Part shown: one piece after another, positions 10,810-20,114 of the stretch
Position numbering within the stretch: position 1 is the stretch's first letter
Layout of the letters: every line of letters starts with the position of its first letter
Source: Candidatus Eiseniibacteriota bacterium
GTDB taxonomy: Bacteria; Eisenbacteria; RBG-16-71-46; DASYSL01
DNA: 56,295 nt
Direction of reading: 5' to 3'
Assembly: GCA_031431875.1 (NCBI GenBank)
Contig: JANPEF010000075.1
Coordinates: 1 to 56,295 of the forward strand
Program-made: the position numbers and the translations under genes
The notes under the pieces: generated by a model
What the model was told of the DNA's origin: nothing
The model's database searches: none
The model's input: only the letters and a program-made list of their open reading frames with translations

Positions 10810-10918
10810 AGCAGGCGTGGGTGGATGGTCGCCGCTCCGGTGCATCCCGACATGCCCCGGGGCATGTGAATCTGCAGATTCACCCCGGCGTGCGGCTCGC
10901 GGTGGAGGGGTCGCCGAG

Positions 10919-11344
10919 CTAGAGTCCCGGGCGGGACTCCACCCGGCTCCCCGACGCCACGACCAGCAACAGACCGCCGATCAGTCCGACGTTCTTGAGG
11001 AACTGCGTGACTTGCGCGGGGTCCTGCGGGGGATGGAACAGGAGCGTGGTCGGCACGAGGAAGATCACCAGCAGCGCCGCGCCGAACTCCTTCTTGAAGC
11101 CGGTCACGAGGCAGAAGGCACCGAGGAACTCGAAGCCGATCGCCGACCAGGCGAGCAGCGGCGCGGCCTGCCGCACGCCCACGGCGAGGGCCTCGGGGGC
11201 CCACGCCGCGTTGGCGACGGCTTCGCTCAGCTTGGTGGCCACCGCGGCCGGATCCTCGAACTTCTTGAATCCCGAGACGAAGAAGATCGCCGACAGGAAG
11301 AAGCGCCCGAGGACGGCCAGCGCAGTGTTCAGGTGTGGGGTCAT
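10919..11344 (-). CDS. DoxX family membrane protein
   Basis: LGRFFLSAIFFVSGFKK, EFLGAFCLVTG, LVPTTLLFH, FLKNVGLIGGLL. Confidence 0.88.
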   Translation of the reverse strand: MTPHLNTALAVLGRFFLSAIFFVSGFKKFEDPAAVATKLSEAVANAAWAPEALAVGVRQAAPLLAWSAIGFEFLGAFCLVTGFKKEFGAALLVIFLVPTTLLFHPPQDPAQVTQFLKNVGLIGGLLLVVASGSRVESRPGL

Positions 11345-11358
11345 GGAGGGGAGGGCGG

Positions 11359-13074
11359 TCAGACCGCCTTCACGATCTCCGGATCGATGCCCGCGAAGCC
11401 CTCGAGGTAGGTGCGACGCTCGGCGCGGAGGCGCGTCACCCAGTCGGTGTACTCGTTCATGCGGCCCTGCGCCTCGTAGAGCATCTTCGGGTTCAGGATC
11501 TCGACGGGAACGCCCGGGATCTCCTTCGCGATCTCGTAACCGAAATCGTCGTCGGCGATCCACTCGATCGTGCCGTCGGACAGCGCCTGGAGGATCGCGC
11601 TCGAGTGGCGGATCTTGACCTTGAGCGCGCGGCCGGCCTTCTCGTCCTGGTCGTCGCCGCCGACCCAGCCCGTGTTCATCATGAAGTTGAAGACGCCGGG
11701 CATCGTGGCGGCGAGCTCCATGTAGCGGTTCGCCATCATCTCGTTGCGCAGCGGGAAGAACGGGTTGGTGAACGGCGAGCGCTTGGCCTTGCCCGCGTCG
11801 GCGCCCGAGGCGGCGGTGCCCATCGTCTCGCCGAGCATGAAGTACGCGGCGGCCTGCGCCGGGCTGCGGAATCGCACGACGCCCGGGATGATGTTCGTGT
11901 TGCGATTGAGCACCCCGATGCCGGACGCGGGCGGCAGGTCGAGCGCGTCGCCGGCGGTCTCGATGTCGGACATCGGGATGATCACGCGGCTGTTCTTCGA
12001 CCACGTGTACGTCGCCTCGCCCGCCTCGTACTTCGCCACGTCGGCCGCTGCGACGCCGGTCGCCAGCAGCACGTCGTGCAACGCCTTCACTTCGTCTGCG
12101 TCGAGCGGGCCCTTCTCGAGATCCATCGCGCCGTCGGCGTCCTGGTACACGTTCTCGAGCCAGGCATTCGGGGCCATCGTGCCCTTGTAGATGATGGGCT
12201 CGCTCTCCTGCTTGAGGCCGTAGGCGATGGCGAAGCAGCCGTTCTCGGTGGCCGAGGTCATCCCGCCCGGGAAGAGCATGACCATGTCGTCCTGGATGCT
12301 CTCGCTGTAGCCGACGTGTTCGTCACCCTGTGGGCTGAACGTCGACGTGGTCTTCCCGGTGCCGGACTCGCCCATGATCACGAGCAGCTTCTTCGTGACC
12401 GTGCCGTCCTTGCCCTTGACCGGCGTGAGCTTGGCGCCCGCGTGAAGCACCATGCCGCCGTCGCGGTAGACCTTCGCGTTGAGCATGCGGAGGCCGCCCT
12501 TCTTCGACTCGCCGAAGTAGTCGGAGCCCATGATGCGCGTCACGTAGCGGTCGATGTCGACGAGGATGACCCGATCCTTGTCCTGCCCCGTGGCCTTGCA
12601 GCCCGGCGTGTAGATCACCTCGAACTGCGGCTGCCAGTTCGCCAGCTCGGCCCCCTCGGGCGGGAAATACAGGATCTGCTGCATCGCGGCGACGTTGGCG
12701 CCCTCGATCGTCATCCACAACGTGGCGCGCACGCGCGTCTCGGGGTGATTGCCGATGTAGCCGTCGAGCCGGATCAGCTCCTTGCCGGCGATGTACGCCT
12801 CCTGGACCGCGATGTACTTCTGCGCGTCAGCGGGCGGCATCGTCTTGCAGGTGTGCTTCGTCGCGTCCTGGGCGATGACGAACGTGTTGCCGGCCGAGCG
12901 CGCCTTGGCGATCGAGGCGACCTTGTTCATCGAACCCTTGCTCGTCTTGCGCATGTTCGGGGTGTGAGCCAGCGCGAGCTTGCGGAACTCGTCCTGCGTC
13001 GGGTTGGCGTGCACCTTGAGCGCGAGGGCGCCGACGTCGGGCGCCGAACGGAGAGCAGACTGATCGGGGGACAT
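11359..13074 (-). CDS. pckA: Phosphoenolpyruvate carboxykinase (ATP)
   Basis: YFGESKKG, LHAG, P-loop GESGTGKTT, QDD metal site, ENGCFA, NSRV, FMLGET, NTGWVGG. Confidence 0.88.
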   Translation of the reverse strand: MSPDQSALRSAPDVGALALKVHANPTQDEFRKLALAHTPNMRKTSKGSMNKVASIAKARSAGNTFVIAQDATKHTCKTMPPADAQKYIAVQEAYIAGKELIRLDGYIGNHPETRVRATLWMTIEGANVAAMQQILYFPPEGAELANWQPQFEVIYTPGCKATGQDKDRVILVDIDRYVTRIMGSDYFGESKKGGLRMLNAKVYRDGGMVLHAGAKLTPVKGKDGTVTKKLLVIMGESGTGKTTSTFSPQGDEHVGYSESIQDDMVMLFPGGMTSATENGCFAIAYGLKQESEPIIYKGTMAPNAWLENVYQDADGAMDLEKGPLDADEVKALHDVLLATGVAAADVAKYEAGEATYTWSKNSRVIIPMSDIETAGDALDLPPASGIGVLNRNTNIIPGVVRFRSPAQAAAYFMLGETMGTAASGADAGKAKRSPFTNPFFPLRNEMMANRYMELAATMPGVFNFMMNTGWVGGDDQDEKAGRALKVKIRHSSAILQALSDGTIEWIADDDFGYEIAKEIPGVPVEILNPKMLYEAQGRMNEYTDWVTRLRAERRTYLEGFAGIDPEIVKAV

Positions 13075-13177
13075 GCGCGAACGTCTCCTTGGAGTGGGCG
13101 GGCGGTAGCCGCGAATAGCGAGGAAACCCCTTGTGCGAGATCGACTTGGCCGCGCGAATGATCGCCGGTACCCACTG

Positions 13178-13206
13178 ATTATACGGCGATGGCCGGCCGG
13201 CGGCAA
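13178..13206 (-). promoter_or_regulatory. Sigma70-type promoter of pckA
   Basis: Minus strand TTGCCG-N17-TATAAT about 100 nt upstream of the start codon. Confidence 0.6.
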
Positions 13207-13259
13207 GCCGGGGGCGGGGCCGGGGCGCGGGGCCCTCCCCACCCCCTCCCGGGGCCACG

Positions 13260-13296
13260 AAAACGCGAACGGCCCCGTGTCGAGGACACGGAGCCG
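13260..13296 (-). terminator. Intrinsic terminator after the 13323..13931 gene
   Basis: Hairpin cggccccgtgtc-gag-gacacggagccg followed on the minus strand by gttcgcgtttt. Confidence 0.55.
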
Positions 13297-13322
13297 CCGC
13301 GAGAGAGCCGAACGAGGCCGAT

Positions 13323-13931
13323 CTACCGATAGATCGATTTAACCCCGCCCCAGCTCTTCGACTCGGCCGGCGTCGAGCAGTCGCCCATCGGCATGGTGCC
13401 GGCGAGCGCGCCCAGGCAGACCTGCTGACCGTGCTTGATCGCCACGCCCTCGGGATCGACCGAGTACGGCGCCGGCGGGAACGGCGAGTAGAACGTCCAC
13501 GTGCCGGTGCCGGTCACGCCCGGCGCGCAGTCGACGCTCAGCGCGTTGAACTTGATCGTCGGCACGCGCAGCTCGGCCGGAACCGTCGGATCGCCCTTGC
13601 AGTTGTACTTGCCCTCGTAAGACACCGTGCACGGATCGGTCACGCCCTCGCCGTCGGACGTGCCGGCCGGCGACGCGAACTGCGCGACGCGCGGATCGCA
13701 GATGCACTCGAGATCCTTGAGCGTCAGGAAGAAGTCGATGTGCGACAGCCCGTACTGCTGGATGTCCCACGAGCCGGTGACCGTGTACTTGTACAGACCC
13801 ACGAACCCGGGGTCGTTCGATACGACCGCGCTGACGGTCATCGTGACGCTCGCGCAATCGTCGACGGCATGAGCAGGTCGCGCGACGACGAGCGTCGCGG
13901 CGATGAGGCACAGGCGAAGCAGTTTGCGCAT
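13323..13931 (-). CDS. Secreted Cys-rich hypothetical protein with C-terminal SWGGVKSIYR tail
   Basis: Signal peptide MRKLLRLCLIAATLVVARPAHA; GAGGAG RBS; ends CSTPAESKSWGGVKSIYR. Confidence 0.85.
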   Translation of the reverse strand: MRKLLRLCLIAATLVVARPAHAVDDCASVTMTVSAVVSNDPGFVGLYKYTVTGSWDIQQYGLSHIDFFLTLKDLECICDPRVAQFASPAGTSDGEGVTDPCTVSYEGKYNCKGDPTVPAELRVPTIKFNALSVDCAPGVTGTGTWTFYSPFPPAPYSVDPEGVAIKHGQQVCLGALAGTMPMGDCSTPAESKSWGGVKSIYR

Positions 13932-14065
13932 CTCGGATCGTCTCCTCGTTCAAGGTCCGGTGACGAACCCATCCGACACGGCCGGGGGACCGCGTCGAAT
14001 GGTGGGGATGTCCGATCACCGTGTTCACGATCCGGGCGAGGGCGGCCGCCCGGCCTTCCGCTGAA

Positions 14066-14626
14066 TCAGCAATCGAAGAACTTGAGCTGACCCCACGACT
14101 GTGCCGCTGCCGGAACCGAGCAATCACAGGCGGGAAGTTGCCCGACCAGCGCGCCGTAGCAGGTGCTGTTGCCATGCTTGATCACGATCGCGTTCTCCTG
14201 CCGCTCGATCGGTCCCGACGGGAACGGGGAATGGAAGACGAACGCGCCGGAACAGGGAGCCGCGCAGGCGCCGCCGACGTCGTTCAGGCCGCTCGAGGTG
14301 CCGGCCTGGCCGATGAAGCGGACGATGCGGCTGTCGCAGATGCACAGGCACTCGTTGAGGCCGAGCAGGAAGTCGGGGTGGCTGGGGTCGTGACGCCCGA
14401 CGTCCCACGTCAACGTGCGCGTGTGACGGTGCGTGCCGAGCAGCGCGGGTTCATACGCCGGCGCGACCGTCACCCGTGCGTCGACGAGAGCGCACGAAGT
14501 GTACGTCTGTGCGCGGGCCAGGCTCGCCAGCGCCACGATCAACGCGACGGCGACGAGAACGGCGCGGAAGGCGCGGGTGAAGCCACGGGATACGGCGATG
14601 CCGATGATCGTCGTACGCAAGGACAT
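14066..14626 (-). CDS. Diverged tandem paralog of the 13323 gene, internally deleted, possibly decaying
   Basis: Shared motifs WD...SH.DF.L.L....CICD.R..F...AGTS.G, F.SPFP..P, IKHG...C.GAL.G..P..DCS.PA...SWG..K; start uncertain. Confidence 0.65.
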   Translation of the reverse strand: MSLRTTIIGIAVSRGFTRAFRAVLVAVALIVALASLARAQTYTSCALVDARVTVAPAYEPALLGTHRHTRTLTWDVGRHDPSHPDFLLGLNECLCICDSRIVRFIGQAGTSSGLNDVGGACAAPCSGAFVFHSPFPSGPIERQENAIVIKHGNSTCYGALVGQLPACDCSVPAAAQSWGQLKFFDC

Positions 14627-14822
14627 TCCGGACGCTCCAGGGTGTCGAGCAAGGGTGCGCGTCCATTTCCGTATGGAGGGTTGCGAATGCTTCCAATGAC
14701 AGAATGATAGCAAGCGAACGGGCCGCTCTACAACGGGTTCCTCGCCGCCCGCGCAAGAAATCCGGCATTGCAGATCGCAATGCCCCATCGACTTGCCCGG
14801 GTTCCGGGCCTAGGTTCATGGA

Positions 14823-15911
14823 ATGAATGACGAGCCTTGCATCCTCGCGGTGGCCACCGCCGTCCCGCCGCACCACTTGCCCCAGGCCGAGGCCCGCGAA
14901 CGGGTCGGCCCCCACTTCGAGGCCAGCCTCGGCCGGGACAACCGGCTCCTCGAGGTCTTCGCCAACGCCCAGATCGACGCGCGCCAGACCTGCATGCCGC
15001 TCGACTGGTACATGACCGACCACTCGTTCGCCGAGAAGAACGCGCTCTATGTCGAGCACGCCGTGCGACTCGCCGGCGAGGCGACGCAGCGCGCGCTCGA
15101 CTCCGCCGGGCTCGCCCCGCGCGACATCGACCACATCCTGTTCGTCTCCTCGACCGGCATCGCCACGCCGAGCGTCGACTCCCTGCTGGCCAATGAACTC
15201 GGATTCCGCAGCGACGTGCGCCGCACGCCCGTGTGGGGTCTGGGCTGCGCCGGCGGTGCGGCCGGCCTGGCACAGGCGGCGGACTTCGCGCGCGCCGATC
15301 CGTCCGCCCGCGTGCTGCTGGTCGCCCTCGAGTTGTGCACGCTCACGTTCCAGCGCAACGATCACTCCAAGAAGAACCTGATCGCCACCGCGCTGTTCGG
15401 CGACGGCGCCGCGGCCGTGATCGTCGCGGGCAGGAGCGCCCCCCGCCCCGCGCGCACCGCAGCGCGGCCGCTCGAGGTGCTCGCCTCGGCGAGCACGCTG
15501 TGGAAGGACACGCGCGAGCTCATGGGCTGGAGCGTCGACGCGACCGGGTTTTCGGTGATGCTGTCGCGCGATCTGCCGACGTTCATCCGTCGCGAGGTGC
15601 GCCCCAGCCTCGAGCCGTTCCTCGCCCGCCGCGGGCTCGCGCTCGGCGACATCGCCCACATGGTCGCCCACCCCGGCGGGGTCAAGGTGCTCGACGCCTG
15701 GGCGGCGTCGCTCGACCTGCCGGCCGATGCGTTCGACCACGCGCGCGAGGTCCTGCGCGAGCACGGCAACATGTCCTCGCCGTCATGCCTGTTCGTGCTC
15801 GAGCGCTTCCGCAAAAGCGACGAGATCGGCCCCGGCGATCTGGCCCTGCTGTCGGCGCTGGGGCCGGGGTTCTGCGCGGAGTACGTCTTGCTGCGCGGTG
15901 TGGCGACGTGA
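14823..15911 (+). CDS. Type III polyketide synthase (BpsA/SrsA-like)
   Basis: Catalytic GLGCAGG, ALFGDGAAA, HPGG, HGNMSS, LGPGF. Confidence 0.93.
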   Translation: MNDEPCILAVATAVPPHHLPQAEARERVGPHFEASLGRDNRLLEVFANAQIDARQTCMPLDWYMTDHSFAEKNALYVEHAVRLAGEATQRALDSAGLAPRDIDHILFVSSTGIATPSVDSLLANELGFRSDVRRTPVWGLGCAGGAAGLAQAADFARADPSARVLLVALELCTLTFQRNDHSKKNLIATALFGDGAAAVIVAGRSAPRPARTAARPLEVLASASTLWKDTRELMGWSVDATGFSVMLSRDLPTFIRREVRPSLEPFLARRGLALGDIAHMVAHPGGVKVLDAWAASLDLPADAFDHAREVLREHGNMSSPSCLFVLERFRKSDEIGPGDLALLSALGPGFCAEYVLLRGVAT

Positions 15912-15916
15912 GCGGG

Positions 15917-16426
15917 ATGGCTGCGACCGGCTGGTTCGGGGTGTACCTGGGTGTGCTGGCGATCCAGCGGGTGGGCGAACTCGTGCTCTCGGCCCGGCAT
16001 GAACGACAACTGCGCGCACTGGGAGCGCGCGAGTTTGGCGCCTCCCATTTCCCCTGGATCGTGGGAGTGCATGCGCTCTTTCCGATCTTGCTGGGGATCG
16101 AGTTCTTCGCGCTCGGCGCGCGCCCGGGGCCGGGCTGGCCCGTGTGGTCCGCGCTCTGGCTCACCGCCCAGGCGCTGCGCTACGCCGCAGTGTGGGCGCT
16201 GGGCGAGCGCTGGACGGTCAAGATCTGGGTCCTGCCCGGGGAGCCGCTGGTGACGCGCGGCGTGTATCGCTGGCTTCGGCACCCGAATTATGTCGCGGTC
16301 GTGCTCGAACTGATTGCCGCACCGATGATGTTCGGCGCCTGGCGCACCGCGATCGTGATCACGCTGTTGAATGCGCTCGCGCTGCGGGAACGGATCCGGG
16401 CTGAGGATCGCGCGTTGCGGGGTTAG
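15917..16426 (+). CDS. Isoprenylcysteine carboxyl methyltransferase family protein (BpsB/SrsB-like)
   Basis: QRVGEL, GARE.G..H, LGERW, GVYRWLRHPNY, RIRAE; directly follows the type III PKS. Confidence 0.88.
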   Translation: MAATGWFGVYLGVLAIQRVGELVLSARHERQLRALGAREFGASHFPWIVGVHALFPILLGIEFFALGARPGPGWPVWSALWLTAQALRYAAVWALGERWTVKIWVLPGEPLVTRGVYRWLRHPNYVAVVLELIAAPMMFGAWRTAIVITLLNALALRERIRAEDRALRG

Positions 16427-18255
16427 ACGTTCCTGACCTTCAACTCCGCCAAGGTCCGTGGATCGATCTCCGACGGGGACCCATCCATCGGGCACGTCGC
16501 CGAGGTGGTCTTGGGGAAAGCGATCGTGTCGCGCAGCGACGGGCGATCGGCCATCAGCATGACGATGCGATCGAGGCCCATGCCGATGCCGCCGTGCGGC
16601 GGCGCGCCGAAGCGGAAGGCGTCGATCAAGAAGCCGAACTTCTCCTGCGCTTCCGCCGCCGAGAGCCCAATACGGCCGAGCACGCGCTCCTGCACGTCGG
16701 GCCGGTGGATGCGAATCGAGCCCGAGCCCAGCTCGTTGCCGTTGAGCACGACGTCGTACAGCCGCGCGCGCACGCGGCCCGGATCGCTGTCGAGGAACTG
16801 GAGGTCCTCCTCGTGCGGGTGCGTGAAGATGTGGTGCCGCGGAGCCCAGCCGCCCTCGCCGTCCTCCTCGAGCAGCGGGAAGTCCTTCACCCAGAGGAAG
16901 CACCACGACCGCACGCTCTCGGGAGACGCCGCCATCGTGGCGCGGCCCAGCTCGAGACGCACCGCGCCCAGCGCCTTGCACGCGGGCTCCCACGCGCCGG
17001 CGACCATGAGAATCAGGTCGCCCACGTTGGCGCCGGTCATCCGCACGAGTTCATCCCCCGCCCCGCGACCCTCGCCGATGAAGAACTTCGACGCGCCACC
17101 CTCGAAGCCGTCGGCGGTGCGCTTGAGCCACGCCAGGCCCTTGGCACCGGCTCGCTTGGCGGTGTCCTCGAGGCCGTCGATCTCCTTGCGCGACAGGCCA
17201 CCTCGGCCCGGTGCGGCGAGGCCGATCACACGCCCCCCGCCAGCGACGGTGTCGCGCAGGAAGGACGCGGTCGACGCGGCGGCCGCGTCGCTCACGTCGG
17301 TGAGCTCGAGGCCGAAGCGCAGGTCGGGCTTGTCGGAGCCGAAGCGGCTCATCGCCTCGTGGAACGTGAGCCTGGGGAACGGTGTCTTCAGGGTCACGCC
17401 GAGGCAGCTCTTCCACAGGTGCGCATACAGGCTCTCGACGACCTCGAACACGTCTTCCTCGCGCACGAACGACATCTCGACGTCGATCTGCGTGTGCTCG
17501 GGCTGGCGATCGGCGCGCAAGTCCTCGTCACGCAGGCAGCGTGCCAGCTGGAAGTAACGATCGAACCCCGAGACCATGAGGATCTGCTTGTAGAGCTGCG
17601 GCGACTGCGGCAGCGCGTACCACTTGCCGGGGTGCACGCGGCTGGGTACGACGTAGTCGCGCGCGCCCTCGGGCGTCGCCTTGACCAGCAGCGGCGTCTC
17701 GATCTCGACGAAGCCGCGCCCGGCCAGGTGATTGCGCGCCGCGAGCGCCACCTCGTGGCGCAGCAAGAGCGTGTCCTTGAGCCGCGGCCGACGCAGGTCG
17801 AGGTAGCGGTACTTGAGGCGCAGGTCCTCGTTGACGTCGATGTCGTCCGAGATCGGGAAGGGCGGCGTCTCGGAGCGGTTGAGAACGCGCAGCTCCTCGG
17901 CCTGCACCTCGATCGCGCCGGTCGCGAGCGACGCGTTGGCCGCGTCGGCCGGTCGCCTGGCCACGCGACCGCGCACGGCGATCACCCACTCCGAACCCAG
18001 TTCGCGCGCCTTGGCCACCGCCTCCTCCGAGGCATGGCCGGGCGGCACGACGATCTGCGTCACGCCGTAGCGATCGCGCAGGTCGATGAACAGCACGCCG
18101 CCGTGATCGCGCACCCGATGCACCCAGCCCATGAGGGTGACCGCCTTGTCGGCGTCACCGGCAACGAGCTCGCCGCAGGTGTGGGAGCGTGTCCAGTCGC
18201 CGAGGCTGTCCAATGCGGTCGACAGCGGGGCGGCGGGCGGCGTGGATCCGGTCAT
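16423..18255 (-). CDS. aspS: Aspartate--tRNA ligase
   Basis: RSHTCGEL, RDHGGVLFIDLRD, RLKYRYLDLRR, TPEGARDY, LPQSPQ, DEDLRADRQPE, GAPPHGG, FPKT. Confidence 0.97.
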   Translation of the reverse strand: MTGSTPPAAPLSTALDSLGDWTRSHTCGELVAGDADKAVTLMGWVHRVRDHGGVLFIDLRDRYGVTQIVVPPGHASEEAVAKARELGSEWVIAVRGRVARRPADAANASLATGAIEVQAEELRVLNRSETPPFPISDDIDVNEDLRLKYRYLDLRRPRLKDTLLLRHEVALAARNHLAGRGFVEIETPLLVKATPEGARDYVVPSRVHPGKWYALPQSPQLYKQILMVSGFDRYFQLARCLRDEDLRADRQPEHTQIDVEMSFVREEDVFEVVESLYAHLWKSCLGVTLKTPFPRLTFHEAMSRFGSDKPDLRFGLELTDVSDAAAASTASFLRDTVAGGGRVIGLAAPGRGGLSRKEIDGLEDTAKRAGAKGLAWLKRTADGFEGGASKFFIGEGRGAGDELVRMTGANVGDLILMVAGAWEPACKALGAVRLELGRATMAASPESVRSWCFLWVKDFPLLEEDGEGGWAPRHHIFTHPHEEDLQFLDSDPGRVRARLYDVVLNGNELGSGSIRIHRPDVQERVLGRIGLSAAEAQEKFGFLIDAFRFGAPPHGGIGMGLDRIVMLMADRPSLRDTIAFPKTTSATCPMDGSPSEIDPRTLAELKVRNV

Positions 18256-19565
18256 CGGGCATTCTCCGTCGGGTTCGGGGCGGGCGCGCCGGACAGGCGC
18301 GCGGCCAGGTGCGCCTCGAGCGAGGCGCGCGCGATCTTCTCCTGCGTTCCGGTCTTGAGATCCTTCACGGTCACGGTGTCGGTCGCGAGCTCGTCCTCGC
18401 CCACGACGACGGCGAGCGCGGCCCCGACCTTGTCGGCATTCTTGAACTGGGCGCCCAGGGCGCGGCCCGGCTCGAGGTCGGCGATCGCGGCGTAGCCCGC
18501 ACTGGCGCCGGCCGTGCGCAACGAACGGAGCAGGCGCTGGGCCGAAGCCTCGACGGCGTCACTACCGGCGCGCGCGACGTACACGAGCGGCGCGTCCGAA
18601 CCGGGCGTGAGGCCACGGTCGGCCAGCGCGAGCAGAATACGCTCGAGCCCGGCCGAGAAGCCCACGCCGGGCACGGACGGCCCGCCCACGTCGGAGATCA
18701 GCCCGTCGTAGCGACCGCCGCCGCCCATCGCCGACTGCGCTCCGCGCGACGGGTCGTGCACCTCGAACGCGGTGCGCGTGTAGTAGTCGAGCCCGCGCAC
18801 GAGGCGGGGATCGAGGTTGAACTGCACGCCCTGCAGCGTGAGGCCGGCCTGCACCTGGTCGAAGTGGGTGCGGCACTCGGCGCACAGCGAGTCGACGATC
18901 GACGGGATGCCCTCGGCGATCGCCTTGTCGTGCGGCACCTTGCAATCGAGCACGCGCAGCGGGTTCTTCTCGAAACGCACGCGGCAATCGGCGCACATCG
19001 ACTCGACGTGGGGTGCGAGGTAGGCGCGCAGCTTCTCCTGGTACGCGGGGCGGCAGCCGGGGTGCCCGACCGAGTTCAGCTGCACGGTCGTGTCGGTAAG
19101 CCCGAGCGACGCCAGGAAGTCAACCAGCAGCAGGATGATCTCGACGTCGGCCGACGGGTGGGCGCTGCCCACGCACTCGGCACCCCACTGGTGGAACTGG
19201 CGGAAGCGGCCGGCCTGCGGGCGGTCGTAGCGGAACATGGGCCCGACGTACCACAGGCGGTGGATGCGGCCGGCCTGGGCCACGCCGTGCTCGACCAGCG
19301 CGCGCATCACCCCTGCCGTGCCCTCGGGCCGGAGCGTCAGCGAGCGGCCCTTGCGATCGGCGAAGGTGTACATCTCCTTGGAGACGATGTCCGTGGTCTC
19401 GCCGACGCCACGCAGGAACAGCTCGGTCGCCTCGAAGATGGGCGTGCGGACCTCGCGGTAGCCCGACGCGGTCGAGACGGCGCGCGCGCGCGCCTCGAGG
19501 GCCTGCCAGGGGGCGGCCTCGTCGGGCATCACGTCGAACGTCCCGCGCGGGACCTGGAACTTCAT
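18252..19565 (-). CDS. hisS: Histidine--tRNA ligase
   Basis: PRGTFD, KEMYTF, LRPEGTA, FRYDRPQAGRFRQFHQ, LVRGLDYY, GGGRYDGL; AAGGAG RBS. Confidence 0.97.
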   Translation of the reverse strand: MKFQVPRGTFDVMPDEAAPWQALEARARAVSTASGYREVRTPIFEATELFLRGVGETTDIVSKEMYTFADRKGRSLTLRPEGTAGVMRALVEHGVAQAGRIHRLWYVGPMFRYDRPQAGRFRQFHQWGAECVGSAHPSADVEIILLLVDFLASLGLTDTTVQLNSVGHPGCRPAYQEKLRAYLAPHVESMCADCRVRFEKNPLRVLDCKVPHDKAIAEGIPSIVDSLCAECRTHFDQVQAGLTLQGVQFNLDPRLVRGLDYYTRTAFEVHDPSRGAQSAMGGGGRYDGLISDVGGPSVPGVGFSAGLERILLALADRGLTPGSDAPLVYVARAGSDAVEASAQRLLRSLRTAGASAGYAAIADLEPGRALGAQFKNADKVGAALAVVVGEDELATDTVTVKDLKTGTQEKIARASLEAHLAARLSGAPAPNPTENAR

Positions 19566-19578
19566 GGACACTCCTTCG

Positions 19579-19953
19579 TCAATTGCGGTCCGACCCGTGC
19601 GCCCGCTTGGCCAGCGCGTAGACCATCGTCCCGATCACGACGCCGAGGGCGTCGGCGCGGAAGTCCTCGACGCTAGAAACGCGCCCCACGATTCCGGCCT
19701 GGAAGATCTCGTCGGCCAGCCCCGTGGCGAGCCCGGCCGCGACGGCGAACAGCGCGCAGGGCAGGAGCGCACTGAAGATCCGCGAGCCGAAGAACGCGCG
19801 CACGAGCAGGAACCCCAGCGCCGAGTACTCCATGAGATGCGACAGCTTGTCCGCGTTCTGCCAGCGGACGGGCGGCGTCAGGTTCGCGATCGAAGACACC
19901 GCGAAGATGATCGCGACGTAGACGAGGACGGGCAGCCAGTATCGCAGAAACAC
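19579..19953 (-). CDS. VanZ family membrane protein
   Basis: WLP...IIFAVSS, DKLSHLMEYSALG, DEIFQ...GRVSS..DF.AD..G. Confidence 0.85.
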   Translation of the reverse strand: MFLRYWLPVLVYVAIIFAVSSIANLTPPVRWQNADKLSHLMEYSALGFLLVRAFFGSRIFSALLPCALFAVAAGLATGLADEIFQAGIVGRVSSVEDFRADALGVVIGTMVYALAKRAHGSDRN

Positions 19954-20021
19954 CCCGAGAAACGTCCCGCTTCGTGCCAGGGCCTGCGCCCTCCCCTCGC
20001 CGTGTTCCGGCGTCTTTCGCC

Positions 20022-20051
20022 TTGACGGGCCGGTGGGCCCGACGATAGATT
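20022..20051 (+). promoter_or_regulatory. Putative sigma70 promoter of the tRNA
   Basis: TTGACG-N18-TAGATT about 60 nt upstream of the tRNA. Confidence 0.45.
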
Positions 20052-20114
20052 CGCGCTGCCTCGTGCCGCTGGCGCCTTGCGCTGGCTCCTCGCACGATCC
20101 TCGATGAAGCCCGC

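Noticed and set aside
16423..18255. Calling AspRS non-discriminating
   Set aside because: The RDHGG His fits, but the second diagnostic position is ambiguous by eye; needs an alignment.
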